DNA of 64,000 nucleotides from Terriglobia bacterium (GCA_963748015.1 CAVVHE010000006.1:192001-256000), one strand, 5' to 3'; numbered from the stretch's first letter, positions 36,816 through 47,094 are shown. Program-made: numbers and translations. Notes: generated from the letters alone by a model not told the origin.

Positions 36816-39571
36816 GGCGCGTCGCCACGACGGTGGTCGTCGCCGTCCTGCTCCTGTCGGAGACGGGAGCGGCCGATCCCGCCGAACGACGGATCGACGA
36901 GGCGGCTCGCCTCATCCGCAAGGCGGCCTTCGAGCCGGCCCGCCGGTCGCTCGATGAGGCGACCCGGCTGCTCGAGCGCCGCGAGGACGAGGCGGCGGAA
37001 GCGCGGGCCCTGCGGTGGCGCGGCATTCTCCTCGATGCGACCGGGGACGCAGAGGGAGCGGCCCGCGCCTTCTCGCAATCGATCGAGACGGCGCGTCGCG
37101 CCGGCGATCGCCGCGGCGAGGCCGGCGCGCTCCGCGATGTCGGCTTCGGGCACTGGAGGCGCGCGGAGTACGCCGAAGCCGAGCGGCTGGCGCGCGAGGC
37201 GCTGGCGATCCAGACCGCCGTGGGGGATCGCGGCGGAGAGGGGGCCAGCATCGATCTGCTCGGGCGGATCGCCCTCAAGCTCGGACGCACCGACGACGCG
37301 CTCGCGCTGCTCGACCAGGCCGCAGCACTCCGGGCCGCGGCGGGAGAACCGTACGGCGAGGTCGAATCGAGGCTCGGCCTGCTCCAGACGCGCCTCGAGC
37401 GGCGCGAGTTCGACCGAGCGATGGACGGGGCACGCTCCCTCGAAGAGCGCGGCGCGGAACTCGGGGACCGCGACGTCGTGGTCGAGGCGCTGGCCCAGGA
37501 GGCGATCACCTGGATCGTCCAGGGGGCGGCCGATGCGGCCCTAGAGTGCCTCGCCCGAGCCCGGGCGCTCGCGAGCGACCCGGCCGATCTCGCCCTCCTC
37601 GCCCGCGTGCGGTATCTCGAGGCGAACGCGCGTCGCCTTCGCGGGGACCACGAGGGGGCGATCGCCGCGCATGACGAGGCAATCGCCGCCTTCGCCTCGC
37701 TCGGCAACCGCCGCGAGGAAGCCTGGAATCTCGCGCGCCGGGCACGCTCGATGGCCGCGCTCGGGCGGTTCCGCGAGGCCGAGGCATCGCTCGCGCGGGC
37801 GCTCGCGATCTGGGACACGCTCAAGGACCGCCGCGCCGCCGCCTACTTCACCTACGAGCGCGGTCGCCTCCTGGAGCGGACGGGACGATACGACGAGGCG
37901 TGGAGCGCCTGGGAGAACGCGCTCCGTCTCGAGGACGAGATCGCGCTCCCGTACGAGGCGCTCGTCCTCTCGGACATGGCGTGGCTCGCCGCCCGGCGTG
38001 GCGAGGCTCCCCAGGCGCGGTCGCTCGCCTCTCGGGCCGTGGCGTCCGCGGAGCGATCGGGGATCTCGGAGATGCTCTGGACCGCGCTGTACCGGCGGGC
38101 GCTCGTCGAGCGGCGTGAGGGCCGCAGGGAGGAAGCGCTCGCCTCGCTGCGGCGCTGTCTTTCCGTCATCGAGGAGATGCGCCGGCGCGTCGTGCCCCTC
38201 GACGAGGCGCTCGTGGGTTTCCTCGAGGACAAGCAGGAGGTCTTCGCGGAAGCGGTGGATCTCCTCATGGAACTGGGGCGATCCGGCGAGGCGCTCGAGA
38301 TCGCGGAGCGCGCGAGGGCCCGCGCCTTCGTCGACCTCCTGCGCGGCCACGCCGTCGCGGACTCGGGTGAGATCCCCACGCTCGCGACGCTGCGGGGGGC
38401 CGCCTTGCGTCACGGCGCGACGATCGTCGAGTACTTCGCCGCCCGCGCGCGGACGTTCGCCTGGACCATCGCTCCCGGCGCCCCGGTGCGCGCCGTCACT
38501 CTCGCCGTCGGAGCGGATCGGTGGGTCGAGAGGCTCGACACGCTCCGCGGGAGTCTCGGCAGCGGAACGGTCCGCTGCTCCGCGGATGCGGGGCTCCTCC
38601 TCCGGGACCTCGAGAGGGACCTGTGGGAGCCCATCGCGCAGTGGCTGCCCCAAGGCGCGGGGGATCGCGTGACGATCGTGCCGCACGGCGCGCTCCTCGT
38701 GCTCCCGTTCTCGAGCCTCATCGACCCGGAAGGGAAGTACCTCGTCGAGAGATTCACGATCGACTATGCCCCTTCCGTCGCCGCGCTCGCCGTGCTCGAC
38801 GCCAAGGCGGCGAGCGGAAACATAGCGGCGGGCGGCTGCCTGGCGATCGGGAATCCCTCCCTGGCGCCCGCCGTTCCCGGGTCCTTCCCCCTTCCGGCTC
38901 TTCCGGGTGCCGAGGCGGAAGCATTCTTCGCCGCCGAGGCCCTCGGGCGCGGATCGAGCGACCTGCTCGTAGGGGCCGGCGCGACTGAAGCCGTCGTGAA
39001 GTCCCTCGCTCCGTCCCGCGCCTGGATCCACTTCGCGACCCACGGGGTGCTTCGCGACGACGATCCGCTAGAGAGCGCGCTCCTTTTGGCACCCTCCCCG
39101 GGGACGGGCGCCGCGGGCGATGGGCGCCTGACGGCTCGGGAGATTCTCGACCTGCCGCTTCGCGCGAGGCTCGTGACCCTCTCGGCCTGCGAGAGCGGTC
39201 TGGGGCGCGTCACGGGCGAGGGGATGCTCGGCCTCTGCCGCTCGTTCCTCCACGCGGGGGCGGATTCCGTCATCGTCAGCCTGTGGCGCGTGTCCGATCT
39301 CGTCGGCGGGTTCCAGATGAACCGCTTCTATGCCAGGCTGGCGGAAGGGGATGCGCCGTCGCTCGCCCTGCGGAGAGCCCAGCTCGATACCCTGGCTGCC
39401 CTCCGGCGGGGCGAGATCCGAACCGCGAGTGGGAACCCGCTCAGGGAGTCGCCCCTGCTCTGGGCGCCCTACGTCCTCATCGGCCACGGCGGAGCACCGA
39501 GCCCGGTGGCTTCCGCCGACGCTGTCCGGCCCGGGGATCGGGACGCGCCGGCGTCGCGACTCACTCGATGA
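36812..39571 (+). CDS. TPR-CHAT (caspase-like, clan CD) protease with putative signal peptide
   Basis: Long TPR array, AERARARAF, IVPHGAL..LPF, catalytic HFATHG and LSACESG, SLWRVSD, WAPY. GTGA overlap with the anti-sigma gene. Confidence 0.93.
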   Translation: MRRVATTVVVAVLLLSETGAADPAERRIDEAARLIRKAAFEPARRSLDEATRLLERREDEAAEARALRWRGILLDATGDAEGAARAFSQSIETARRAGDRRGEAGALRDVGFGHWRRAEYAEAERLAREALAIQTAVGDRGGEGASIDLLGRIALKLGRTDDALALLDQAAALRAAAGEPYGEVESRLGLLQTRLERREFDRAMDGARSLEERGAELGDRDVVVEALAQEAITWIVQGAADAALECLARARALASDPADLALLARVRYLEANARRLRGDHEGAIAAHDEAIAAFASLGNRREEAWNLARRARSMAALGRFREAEASLARALAIWDTLKDRRAAAYFTYERGRLLERTGRYDEAWSAWENALRLEDEIALPYEALVLSDMAWLAARRGEAPQARSLASRAVASAERSGISEMLWTALYRRALVERREGRREEALASLRRCLSVIEEMRRRVVPLDEALVGFLEDKQEVFAEAVDLLMELGRSGEALEIAERARARAFVDLLRGHAVADSGEIPTLATLRGAALRHGATIVEYFAARARTFAWTIAPGAPVRAVTLAVGADRWVERLDTLRGSLGSGTVRCSADAGLLLRDLERDLWEPIAQWLPQGAGDRVTIVPHGALLVLPFSSLIDPEGKYLVERFTIDYAPSVAALAVLDAKAASGNIAAGGCLAIGNPSLAPAVPGSFPLPALPGAEAEAFFAAEALGRGSSDLLVGAGATEAVVKSLAPSRAWIHFATHGVLRDDDPLESALLLAPSPGTGAAGDGRLTAREILDLPLRARLVTLSACESGLGRVTGEGMLGLCRSFLHAGADSVIVSLWRVSDLVGGFQMNRFYARLAEGDAPSLALRRAQLDTLAALRRGEIRTASGNPLRESPLLWAPYVLIGHGGAPSPVASADAVRPGDRDAPASRLTR

Positions 39572-39593
39572 CGACGAAGCCGTCGGGACTGGT

Positions 39594-40175
39594 TCAGGCG
39601 TTCGCGCCGCCGGTTCCCCCGTCACCAGATCGCTCCGGTCCCTTCGCGCGGCGCCTGTACTCCGCCAGAATTCCCTCCCGCAGCGTGGGCATGTACGAGT
39701 ACAGCTGGCCGAAGTAGACGCGGTGGATGCTCAGGACCTCGAGGTCCGTCGCCGCCCGCACGGTGGCCATGCGCGGCGCGTTCCCGAGGATGCCCATCTC
39801 GCCGAAGAACTCCCCCGGGCCGAGGCGCGCCAGGATCGTGTCGCCCTCGGCGGGATCCTCGCGAACCACCTCCGCCTCCCCCCGTCCGATCGCGTAGAGG
39901 CGGTCCGAGGGATCTCCCTGCCGGAAGACGATCTCGCCCTTCTTGAAGTGCTTCTCCACGACGCTCTGCAGGCGCGCCCTGATGTCCGCGGCCACGACCC
40001 ACAGGAATACGACGAGCGCCGCGAAGAGCAGCAGCTGTCCTCCCCCCATGAAGAGGACCATGGTGTAGGGAGTCGAGCGCAGGGTGTACACGACGGCCGT
40101 GCCCAGGCCGAGAAACGCCAGAAGACCGGCGACCGAGAGCTGCGTCCCGCGAGGGTGGGAGAGGCTGGTGTCCAT
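39594..40175 (-). CDS. Two-TM membrane protein with cyclic nucleotide-binding domain
   Basis: Two hydrophobic helices, then IVFRQGD..GEFFGEMGIL..PRMATVRA; no HTH. Confidence 0.88.
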   Translation of the reverse strand: MDTSLSHPRGTQLSVAGLLAFLGLGTAVVYTLRSTPYTMVLFMGGGQLLLFAALVVFLWVVAADIRARLQSVVEKHFKKGEIVFRQGDPSDRLYAIGRGEAEVVREDPAEGDTILARLGPGEFFGEMGILGNAPRMATVRAATDLEVLSIHRVYFGQLYSYMPTLREGILAEYRRRAKGPERSGDGGTGGANA

Positions 40176-40180
40176 GAGCG

Positions 40181-40891
40181 TCAACTCCTTTCCATCGCCG
40201 GCGGATGGCTCGGCCCGTGGCAATCGGTGCAGGCCTTCTCTCCTCGCAGCACCTTCTCGAGGATCCCCGCGTGGGCTTTCTGCCGGATGAACTTCTGCGA
40301 CTGCCCGTGACAGTTGAGGCAGATCGTGAACCGGTACGGCGCCTTCATCCGTACGGGGAGCCTGTAGGTGCCCGCCGTGTCCTTCCAGATGTGCGCCATT
40401 CCCCCGACCTTGGCTTCCATCGTGCCGAACAGCCCGTAGTCGGTGTGGCAGGTGTAGCAGTGGTAGTCCTGTATGTAGCGGTTCTTGAAGTGCAGCGCGG
40501 CGAGCCGCTGGCTTCCGGGATCCTCCATGTCGGCCACGAACGTGTTCATCAGGTGGCAGGACCTGCAAAAGGCGACGGCCTTCGCCTGCTCCAGCCCGAC
40601 TGCGCTGCTCAGTACCATCACGGGAAAAGGCACCACGCACACGCCGATGAAGAGTAGCCACCGCGACTGGAATGCGGCGAGCCGGCCGCGGCGGAAGAGG
40701 AGCGTGTACAGGAGCAGCACCATGGCGGCGACGGCGAGGAACAGCGCGATGTTCTTGGCCCACTCCTTCGCGTAGTCCGTCGGCATCTGGTAGGCGTTCT
40801 CCGCGGCAGGAGCGAGCAGGGACGAAGCCGCGAGAACGATGAGCGCCGCCGCCGGCCAGGGCCGTACCTTCCGAATCCGCCTGCCGATCAT
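40181..40891 (-). CDS. NapC/NirT/NrfH-family membrane tetraheme cytochrome c
   Basis: Four CxxCH motifs (CRSCH, CYTCH, CLNCH, CTDCH) after N-terminal TM helices. Confidence 0.88.
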   Translation of the reverse strand: MIGRRIRKVRPWPAAALIVLAASSLLAPAAENAYQMPTDYAKEWAKNIALFLAVAAMVLLLYTLLFRRGRLAAFQSRWLLFIGVCVVPFPVMVLSSAVGLEQAKAVAFCRSCHLMNTFVADMEDPGSQRLAALHFKNRYIQDYHCYTCHTDYGLFGTMEAKVGGMAHIWKDTAGTYRLPVRMKAPYRFTICLNCHGQSQKFIRQKAHAGILEKVLRGEKACTDCHGPSHPPAMERS

Positions 40892-41151
40892 TGGACCCTC
40901 CCGCCGCGGGTGCGGCACCCCCGTGGTCTCTGTCCGCGTCGAATGGGGTTCGTGTCGTGAGGACATGCGAGAACCTCTCCCGGCGGGCGATGTTCCCGTC
41001 TACGTCGTACCCGTTAGCCAGGGGCCGTTCGGTGACGCCAGTCTACCCCAGGCAGAGTACGAGGGCGCTTCGGAGGCTCCGGGCTGCTCCGAGGCACTCG
41101 GACGGTGCGGCCGCCGACTTCGAATACCGGGATCCGGTAGACTCTCCTCTC

Positions 41152-42617
41152 GTGAGCGAAGACCGCGGCCTCGTCCTGGTTACCGGCTCCACCGGCTACG
41201 TCGGCGGGAGGCTAGCGCCTCGCCTCCTCGACGCGGGCCGGCGGCTGCGCTGCCTCGTGCGCGACCCGGCGCGGCTCGCGGGGCGCGCCTGGGCCGAGCA
41301 TGCGGAGATCGTCCGCGCCGACGCGCTGCGCCCCGAGACCCTGGCCCCGGCCCTGCGCGGGGTCCGCTCCGCCTACTACCTCGTCCACGGCATGGCGGGC
41401 GGGGCGGACTTCCACGAGCGCGATCTCGCCGCCGCACGGAACTTCGGCGCCGCCGCCCGGGATGCGGGGGTCGAGCAGATCGTCTACCTCGGCGGGCTCG
41501 GCGACCCGGACACCGAGCTTTCCCGCCATCTCCGCTCGAGGCAGGAGACGGGGGACGCGCTACGCGAGTCCGGTGTTCCGGTGACGGAGTTCCGGGCCGG
41601 GGTGATCGTCGGCTCGGGCAGCCTCTCCTTCGAGATGGTCCGGTATCTCGTGGAGCGCGTTCCGGTCATGATCTGCCCCCGCTGGGTCCGCACCCGCATC
41701 CAGCCGATAGCGATCCGGAACGTGCTCGACTACCTGTGCGCGGTGCTCGACTGCCCCGACGCACGCGGCCGGGTGATCGAAATCGGCGGCGAGGACGTGG
41801 TGACGTACGGGGAGATGCTCACCGTCTACGCCGGGGTCCGCGGGCTGCGCCGCTGGCTCGTCTCGGTGCCGGTGCTCACGCCGCGGCTGTCGTCGTACTG
41901 GGTCCATCTCGTGACCCCCGTGCCGGCTTCCATCGCACGGCCGCTCGTCGAGGGACTCCGAAACGACGTCGTCGTCCGCGACGACGCCGCGCGGCGCCTG
42001 TTCCCGGAAATACGCCCGGTGGGCTACGAGGAAGCCGTCCGGCTCGCGCTTCGCCGGCTCGATGCGGGGCACGTCGAGACCCGCTGGAGCGACGCGCTGG
42101 CGACGAGCCAGGGGGACGTACCGCCGGTCGTCTTCGCGGACGTCGAGGGGATGATCGTCGAGCAGCGGCAGCTCGTCGTGCCCGCGCCGCCCGAGACCGT
42201 GTTCCGGTCCTTCTCGAGCCTCGGCGGGGACGTCGGGTGGCTGTACTGGAACTTCGCGTGGCGGCTGCGCGGACTGGCGGACCGCCTCGTGGGCGGCGTC
42301 GGGCTTCGCCGCGGCCGCCGCGATCCCGTGGAGGTCCGCGTCGGCGATGCGCTCGACTTCTGGAGGGTCGAGGAGGTGGAGCCCGACCGCCTGCTCCGCC
42401 TGCGAGCGGAGATGAAGGTGCCGGGACGCGCGTGGTTGCAGTTCAAGGTCGTCCCGCACGCCGGGGGAGCTCCCTGCTGACGCAGACCGCGTTCTTCGCT
42501 CCGAAGGGGCTCGCGGGCTGGGCCTACTGGTACGCGCTCTACCCGGCGCACGCCTTCATCTTCAGCGGACTCGTCCGCCGGGTCGGCCGCCGCGCCGCCG
42601 AGATCGGAGACAGGTAG
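41152..42617 (+). CDS. NAD(P)-binding atypical SDR with DUF2867-like C-terminus (YbjT-like); apparent frameshift at 42463-42467
   Basis: VLVTGSTGYVGGRL, LSRHLRSR, GSGSLSFEM, AEMKVPGRAWL. Adding one G to the G5 run continues into LLTQTAFFAPKGLAGWAYWY. Confidence 0.9.
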
Positions 42618-42652
42618 CCGCGACGGCGCCGTTCGCCGTCTCGCGCCTCTTC

Positions 42653-45600
42653 TTACGGGTTCGCCGGGGCGGAGTCCCGGGTCACGAGGGAGTAGAGAAC
42701 GGGCAGCACGACGAGGGTCAGCAGGGTCGAGGTCACGATCCCGCCCATGACCACGACGGCCAGCGGCCGCTGGATGTCGGCGCCCGACCCTGTCGCGAGG
42801 AGCAGGGGCACCTGCCCCGTGAAGCTCACGAGGGCGGTCATGACCAGGGGCCGGAACCGCAGCTCGCACCCCTCGCGCACCGTTTCTGCGACCGTGCGCC
42901 CGCGCTCGCGGAGCTGGCGGAAGAAGGCGACGAGCACCACGCCGTTCTGCACCGCGATGCCCAGCAGCACGATGAACGCGACGGCGGCGGACACCGACAG
43001 GTGCATGCGGAACGCCACCGCCGCGATGACCCCGCCGACGAGGGCGAACGGCAGGTTCAGCGCGACGAGGAGCGAGTTCTTCGCCGAGCCGAGCGCCGAG
43101 TACAGCAGGATGAAGACGAGCAGCAGCACGACCGGGACGACGACGGCGAGCTGCCGCATCGCGCGTTGCTGGTTCTCGAACTGGCCGCCGTACTCGACCC
43201 AGTAGCCCGGCGGCAGCCCGGCCACGAGCGGGCGAAGCCGGTCCTGCACGTCGGACACGAAACCGCCGAGGTCGCGGCCGCGGACGTTCGTCTCGACGAC
43301 GACGCGCCGCATGCCTTTCTCCCGGCTGATCTGCGCCGGCCCCTCGAGCGGAACGATCGCCGCGAGCTGGCCGAGCGGGACGCGCTCGCCGCTGGGGGCG
43401 GGGATGAGGAGGCCCTCGAGCGCAGGGACGTCGCTCCGCGCGCGCTCCGGGAAACGAACGACCACCGAGAACCGCTGCTGTCCCTCGACGAAGCGGGTCA
43501 CCGCGCGGCCTGCGATCCCGGCCTCGATCACCTCGTTGAGATCCCCGGCGTTGATCCCGTAGCGCGACATCGCGTCCCTATTGGGAACGACGTCGAGCTG
43601 GGTCATGCCGGACACCTGCTCGACCTTCACGTCCGCCGCGCCGGCCACGCCGCCGAGGGAAACCGCGGCGCGGTCCGCGAACTGCTTCAGGACGGCGAGG
43701 TCCGGGCCGAACACCTTCACCGCCAGATCGCTCTTGACGCCGGAGATCAGCTCGTTCACCCGGAGGGCGATCGGCTGGGAGAAGGAGAGCCGCAGCCCCG
43801 GGATCGAGGAAAGATCGCGGTTGAGCGCCTCGATCAGCTCCGCCTTGCTCCTGCCCGTGCCCCACTCGCGCCTGGGCTTGAGCATGATGAAGACGTCGCT
43901 CTGCTCGGGGCCCATCGGGTCCTCGGAGATCTCGGCGCGGCCGGTCTTGGTGACGACCGTCGCGACCTCCGGGAATCGCCCGATTCTCGATTCGATCAGC
44001 CCCGCCGTGATCACGGACCCGTCGAGGGACGCGTTGGGCAGGCGGACCACGTTGATCGCGACCGAGCCCTCGTCGAGCGTGGGGAGGAACTCGGTCCCCA
44101 GCAGCGGTATCAGGCCGAGAGCCGCGAGGAAGAACAGGCCCGCGGTCGCGAGGGTGGCACGGGGGCGCCGCAACGCCGCCCCTAGCAGGCGGAGATAGCC
44201 CTGGCGTAGCCGCCGCGCCGGCAGGAACTCCTTCTCCTCGCGCTGGGCCAGGATCGCGTCGCAGAGCGCCGGCACCACCGTCAGCGCCACGAGGATCGAG
44301 GTCAGCAGCGCGAAGAGCAGCGTCAGGGCCAGCGGCCGGAACATCTTCCCCTCCGTTCCCTGGAGGGTCAGGAGCGGCACCAGCACGAGCGCGATCACCA
44401 GGATCGAGAACGTCACCGGTCGCGCGACCTCGGCCAGCGCCTCGATGACCGTCTCCCGCCGCGCGCCGGGTTCCCGTTGGTGCGCGAGGTGGCGTCGGAC
44501 GTTCTCGACGACCACGATCGACGCGTCCACGACCATGCCGACCGAGAACGCGAGCCCGCCGAGGCTCATGAGGTTCGCCGACAGTCCGGCGGCCCCCATG
44601 ACGATGAAGGTGAAGAGGAACGTGACCGGCAGCGACAGCACGACGATCATGGCCGCGCGGAACTCGGCGAGGAACAGGAACAGGATCAGGATCACGAGCA
44701 CGCTGCCCTCGAGGAGCGCGTGCGTGACGGTCTCGATGCAGGCCTCGATCAGATCGGTCCGGTCGTAGAAGACGTCGAGCCTGAGCCCCTTCGGCAGGGA
44801 GGGCGCGAGCCGCGCGACCGCTTCCTTGACCCGCTCCACGACGGTCTTCGAGTTCTCGCCCCGCAGCATGATGACCATGCCGGCGACGGTCTCGCCCCCG
44901 GCGTCGCGGGTCACGGCGCCCTGCCGGACCTCCGGCCCGACGACGACGTCGGCGATGTCGCGAAGGAACAGCGGGGTGCCGTCCTTCGCCCCGAGGACGA
45001 TCCGCTCGATGTCCTCGGGCTTCTCGAAGAGCCCTTTCCCGCGGATGTAGGTCTGCTCCCAGCCCTTGACGATGTAGCCGCCCCCCGCGTTCGCGTTGTT
45101 GCGCTCGACGGCCTCGAGGACGTCGCGCAGGGAGAGGCCGAACTTGAGCAGTCGAGCCGGGTCCGCCAGGACCTGGTACTGCTTGACGAAGCCGCCGAAG
45201 CTGTTGACCTCCGTGACGCCCTTGACGGTCCGGAGCTGGGGCGCCAGGACCCAGTCCTGGATCGTGCGCTTCTCCATCGGGGAGAGCTCGGAGCCCTCCA
45301 GCGTGTACTGGAAGATCTCGCCCAGCCCCGTGCTGAGGGGGGCGAGCTCCGGCTCGATCCCGGCCGGCAGGTCCTCGCGGGCGCCCGCGAGGCGCTCGAA
45401 GACGACCTGTCGCGCGAAGTACGGGTCCGTGCCGTCCTCGAACACGACCACGACCTGAGAAAGTCCGGCCTTCGACATCGAACGGACCTGCAGGATGGCG
45501 GGAAGGCCGCCCATCTGCTGCTCGATCGGATAGGTCACCTGCTGCTCGACGTCCTCGGAGGAGAGGCCGGCGGCCTTGGTGAGCACCATCACCTGGATGT

Positions 45601-45727
45601 TCGTGACGTCGGGGAACGCGTCGATGGGGAGCCGGAGCCACGCGACGATGCCGCCGGCCACGACGAGTCCCGCGAGGAGCAGGGCGGCCCATCGCTGGGA
45701 GAGCAGGGCGCTCGCGAATCTGCGCAC
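42653..45727 (-). CDS. czcA: Heavy-metal RND efflux permease, CzcA/CusA family
   Basis: LPIDAFPDVTNIQV, ANLMSLGG, GMVVDASIVVVEN, EGKMFRPLA, EFLPTLDEG; GTG start with GGAGG. Confidence 0.95.
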   Translation of the reverse strand: MRRFASALLSQRWAALLLAGLVVAGGIVAWLRLPIDAFPDVTNIQVMVLTKAAGLSSEDVEQQVTYPIEQQMGGLPAILQVRSMSKAGLSQVVVVFEDGTDPYFARQVVFERLAGAREDLPAGIEPELAPLSTGLGEIFQYTLEGSELSPMEKRTIQDWVLAPQLRTVKGVTEVNSFGGFVKQYQVLADPARLLKFGLSLRDVLEAVERNNANAGGGYIVKGWEQTYIRGKGLFEKPEDIERIVLGAKDGTPLFLRDIADVVVGPEVRQGAVTRDAGGETVAGMVIMLRGENSKTVVERVKEAVARLAPSLPKGLRLDVFYDRTDLIEACIETVTHALLEGSVLVILILFLFLAEFRAAMIVVLSLPVTFLFTFIVMGAAGLSANLMSLGGLAFSVGMVVDASIVVVENVRRHLAHQREPGARRETVIEALAEVARPVTFSILVIALVLVPLLTLQGTEGKMFRPLALTLLFALLTSILVALTVVPALCDAILAQREEKEFLPARRLRQGYLRLLGAALRRPRATLATAGLFFLAALGLIPLLGTEFLPTLDEGSVAINVVRLPNASLDGSVITAGLIESRIGRFPEVATVVTKTGRAEISEDPMGPEQSDVFIMLKPRREWGTGRSKAELIEALNRDLSSIPGLRLSFSQPIALRVNELISGVKSDLAVKVFGPDLAVLKQFADRAAVSLGGVAGAADVKVEQVSGMTQLDVVPNRDAMSRYGINAGDLNEVIEAGIAGRAVTRFVEGQQRFSVVVRFPERARSDVPALEGLLIPAPSGERVPLGQLAAIVPLEGPAQISREKGMRRVVVETNVRGRDLGGFVSDVQDRLRPLVAGLPPGYWVEYGGQFENQQRAMRQLAVVVPVVLLLVFILLYSALGSAKNSLLVALNLPFALVGGVIAAVAFRMHLSVSAAVAFIVLLGIAVQNGVVLVAFFRQLRERGRTVAETVREGCELRFRPLVMTALVSFTGQVPLLLATGSGADIQRPLAVVVMGGIVTSTLLTLVVLPVLYSLVTRDSAPANP

Positions 45728-45744
45728 GGTCGTCCTCCCCCGGC

Positions 45745-47094
45745 TCAGTCCGCGCATCCCGCGCCCATCTTGGAGCGCAGGACGTCCGACTTGAAGAGGA
45801 ACGCGCCGCGGGCCACGACGGTCTCGCCGCCGCGCAGCCCCTGGGTGATCTCCACCCAGCCGTTCCAGGAGCGGCCCGACGCGACCGGCCTGCGGACGAA
45901 GTACTCGGGATCGTGCCGGACGAAGACGAACGATCGTCCTTCGTCCTCGACGACGGCCTCGGTGGGAACCGCGAGCACCGTCTTACCCGTGTCGAGCAGG
46001 AGCCGCACCTGCACGAACATGCCGCGCCTCAGGACGCCGCCGGGGTTGTCCACGACCACGCGCGCTTTCGCGGCGCGCGTCGCCTCGTCGAGGGTCCCGC
46101 CGACCACATCCACGCGTCCCTCGAGGACCCTGTTCGCGAACGCGGGGAGGATCACCTCCGCGGGGACCTTACCCCGCGCCTGCTGTTCCACGATCGCCGC
46201 CAGCTCGCGCTCGTAGACATTCGTCATGACCCACATCCGGGACGTGTCCGCGAGGAGGAAGTTCCTCTGGCCGGGTTCCACCAGCGCGCCGAGGTTCAGC
46301 GAGCGCTCCAGCACGGTACCGGCGAACGGGGCCCGGACGGGCATGAGCCCGCCCTCTCCTCCCGCGAGCCCCCGCGCGATCGCGTCCACTTCGTCGCCCG
46401 CGAGCCCCAGCCTCGCGAGCCGCTCGCGGGACGCGCCGTCGGCGGCGGCGGCCTGTTCCAGGGTGGCTCGCGCCTCCAGGACGTCCTTCTCGGGGCAGAT
46501 CTTTCGCTCGAAGAGGTCTTCCTCCCGCCGCGCCGTGGCGCGAGCGAGCTTGAGCGCGGCCGACGACTGGATCAGCTCGGCGCGCGCCTCGCTCAGCTCG
46601 GCGCTCTCGATCTCGAAGAGGACCTGTCCCTGGCGCACCTTCTGGCCGACGTCCACGAGGATCGCCCGCACGACTCCCGGGGCGCGGGGCCCGATGAAGA
46701 CCGACCTGCCCTCGTCCAGCTCCACCTCGCCGTTCAACAGCTCTCCCACCGGCATCGGTCTCACGCCCACGCTCGCCGTTTCGAACCCGTGCCCTTCCTT
46801 TCCGGCCAGCAGTTCCGGGGAGACCTTGACCACGCCGAGCTGGTAGCGGCACTCCGCGCAGGTGTAGTGGGGAATTCCGTGCTCGCACTGCGTCGCCTTC
46901 GAGAAGATCTGCTCCAGGGGGCGATCGAGATCCGAGGCGGGCGCCTTTCCCGCACCCGGGCTCTCGCCCGGCGGCGCAGCCTCCGCGCTGGGCGCGGGCG
47001 AGGCCGCGGGCCGCGAGCCGCAGCCGGCCAACGAGAGGGCCGCGCACGCGGCGAGAACCGGAAGGATCGGGCCAAGGGCCAAGCGCCTCTTCAT
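45745..47094 (-). CDS. czcB: RND periplasmic adaptor, CzcB-like lipoprotein
   Basis: Lipobox LAGC, MFP hairpin and lipoyl pattern (VRAPFAGTV), Cys/His motif CEH..HYTCAEC, C-terminal GAGCAD. Confidence 0.9.
   Translation of the reverse strand: MKRRLALGPILPVLAACAALSLAGCGSRPAASPAPSAEAAPPGESPGAGKAPASDLDRPLEQIFSKATQCEHGIPHYTCAECRYQLGVVKVSPELLAGKEGHGFETASVGVRPMPVGELLNGEVELDEGRSVFIGPRAPGVVRAILVDVGQKVRQGQVLFEIESAELSEARAELIQSSAALKLARATARREEDLFERKICPEKDVLEARATLEQAAAADGASRERLARLGLAGDEVDAIARGLAGGEGGLMPVRAPFAGTVLERSLNLGALVEPGQRNFLLADTSRMWVMTNVYERELAAIVEQQARGKVPAEVILPAFANRVLEGRVDVVGGTLDEATRAAKARVVVDNPGGVLRRGMFVQVRLLLDTGKTVLAVPTEAVVEDEGRSFVFVRHDPEYFVRRPVASGRSWNGWVEITQGLRGGETVVARGAFLFKSDVLRSKMGAGCAD

Noticed and set aside
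35435..39571. Type III-E CRISPR / Craspase locus
   Set aside because: No cas genes or repeat-spacer array anywhere in the window; only the CHAT-sigma logic is analogous.
10520..42470. Four frameshifted genes (M56 ~10529, peptidase B 32500-32505, ECF sigma ~35703, SDR 42463-42467) as pseudogenes, phase variation or programmed frameshifts
   Set aside because: Each is repaired by one base, three at short G/C runs, and both halves remain intact. This pattern fits long-read indel error. Read pileups would settle it; the sigma case is worth checking.
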